Origin: Octopus sinensis
Lineage: Eukaryota
Direction of reading: 5' to 3'
NCBI RefSeq assembly: GCF_006345805.1
Contig: NC_043008.1
Span: 69,998,001 to 70,062,000 of the forward strand
DNA length: 64,000 bases
Shown: positions 62,454-64,000 of the stretch, piece after piece
Numbering within the stretch: the stretch's first letter is position 1
Layout: each line of letters opens with the position of its first letter
Notes under the pieces: generated by a model
Told to the model about the DNA's origin: nothing
Seen by the model: only the letters and a program-made list of their open reading frames with translations
Database searches by the model: none
Made by a program: the position numbers and the translations under genes

Positions 62454-62809
62454 CTGCACAATGGAGTGAAAGCTAGGATCCGCTTCTGCCAGTGATATAT
62501 TGTAAATAAAGTGACCATCATGTTAGATGACTATTTTACTATCAAGGCGTTGTTTTACAGCTGATGCCCTTTCTGTCATTAACATTTATTTGTTCTCTGA
62601 GTTCTTTTATTTCACATGTCTTTGAAAGTGCAAAGTGAGTAAATGATTTGTTGACAGATGTTTTTTGGCTTTAAAGATGCATAAATGACATAGGGGCTGA
62701 GATTTTCATGAATGGAATTTATGAAACCTTGATAGGTGTAATGCAGGAAGCTGTTGACCTTTGAATCGATTTACTACCAAATTATTTGTGTGTGGGTGTA
62801 TGTGAATAC

Positions 62810-62842
<33 letters not shown>

Positions 62843-63034
62843 TAGTTAAGGTCCACGTTTCCATGTTTGAATTGGCCAGGTACAATTTGTTGAGGCATGT
62901 TTTCAACAGCTGGATGCCTTTCCTGTTATTAGCCTTCGCCTGTTTCCAAGTATGAAACATGTTTTCATAGAAGACTGGAAATGATCAACAAACAAACAAA
63001 CACATGCAAGCACACACACACACACACACTCACA

Positions 63035-63100
<66 letters not shown>

Positions 63101-63454
63101 CATGAACAGCCTTTCTAGTGACGTGTTTTGAATTGTATTAGATCATGGTGAGTTCTAATTATATCATTACATTATCTGTTAGTCACTTTTATAACCATTA
63201 TCATTTTAGCATCTATTTTTCCATGCTTGGACAGTTTGGACAAAATTTGCTGAAGAAGATTTTCCGCAGTCAAATAACCTTACTGTCACCAGCTCTATTT
63301 GTTTCCAAATAAGGTCATATTTCCTCGGTACCAGTTATGTTTTCATAGAAGAGTGGCAACAAAGTACATTGCTGCTTACATGACAGTGACATTCATTTAC
63401 ATATATCACACAATGTCAAGACAGGGAGACATAATCCATCCCCTACACACACAT

Positions 63455-63503
<49 letters not shown>

Positions 63504-63920
63504 CATGCACACACACAGACACACTCACACACATATATCCATGTGTGTGTGTGTATGCGTGCAATGGTCTTTTTTAAGTTTCCAATGACCAAATCATCTC
63601 AACAAGGCTTTGGTTGACTTGAGTCTGTAGTAGTAAACTTGCCCAAGATACCACACAGAGGAATTGAACCTGAAACCATATAAGCAAACTTCTTAATTGC
63701 AAGCCATACCTATATGTAGATTACAACAGCGACAGTCGTTTCTATAATATTCAACAAAACTGAACCAAGACAAATAATTCATAACCAATAACATGGGTTA
63801 GCATAAATCAGGCAACATTCCCTATGCAACATTGGTTCTTTTTTATTTCTGATGTGCATATCTTCCATACTTACCAATTCTGCTCACTCGAGTATTTCAC
63901 TGCTGTCAGCCGTGTCTCAC

Positions 63921-64000
63921 CAGGAGGTTTTCATAGCTGAGTACATATGTCTCATTATGGAGGCCTAGTGTTTCTTCGCTTAACTCCTGTACAATATCCA
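63921..64000 (-). CDS. Candidate coding exon, 3' part (...DIVQELSEETLGLHNETYVLSYENLL), runs off the window edge
   Basis: Single open frame over 26 codons in non-repetitive sequence, ending CTG|GTGAGA in phase 0; the acceptor lies outside the window; protein not recognised. Confidence 0.5.

Noticed and set aside
62561-62634. Plus-strand exon candidate TTTTACAG|...AAA|GTGAGT
   Set aside because: The acceptor region resembles the decayed RTE-tail motif ACAGCTGGATGCCCTT and the peptide is low-information.
3889-63577. Dozens of ORFs rich in YIYI, CVCV and HTHT
   Set aside because: They are translations of (TA)n, (TG)n and (CA)n microsatellites, open on both strands, with no protein-like composition.

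Overview
AT-rich eukaryotic DNA packed with (TA)n, (CA)n, (TG)n, (ATC)n and (AAT)n microsatellites. The repeat landscape looks like an Octopus (coleoid cephalopod) intron or intergenic region; this is my inference from the SINE/LINE families, not a database match. No rRNA, true tRNA gene, CRISPR array or complete cellular gene is supported. Almost all listed ORFs are microsatellite artefacts. The one long real ORF (12247-14355, minus) is the reverse transcriptase of a young 5'-truncated RTE LINE. It has a PHD finger inserted inside the RT, and its 3' UTR holds a 15-unit minisatellite with higher-order structure. The rest is decayed mobile DNA: CR1, RTE and R4/NeSL-type LINEs, Penelope-like elements, a Tc1/mariner derivative, Helitrons and several tRNA-derived SINE families. 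A few short candidate exons exist on both strands. The most striking unexplained signal is a near-canonical type I hammerhead ribozyme on the minus strand (62397-62453). It lies inside a 21-bp inverted repeat and is exactly bounded by AG/GT splice-like sites that define a 57-nt in-frame cassette, 1.5 kb downstream of a candidate coding exon. Four degenerate minimal hammerhead motifs occur in Penelope-like terminal remnants elsewhere in the window. Repeat boundaries were read by eye and are approximate unless a TSD or terminus is quoted.
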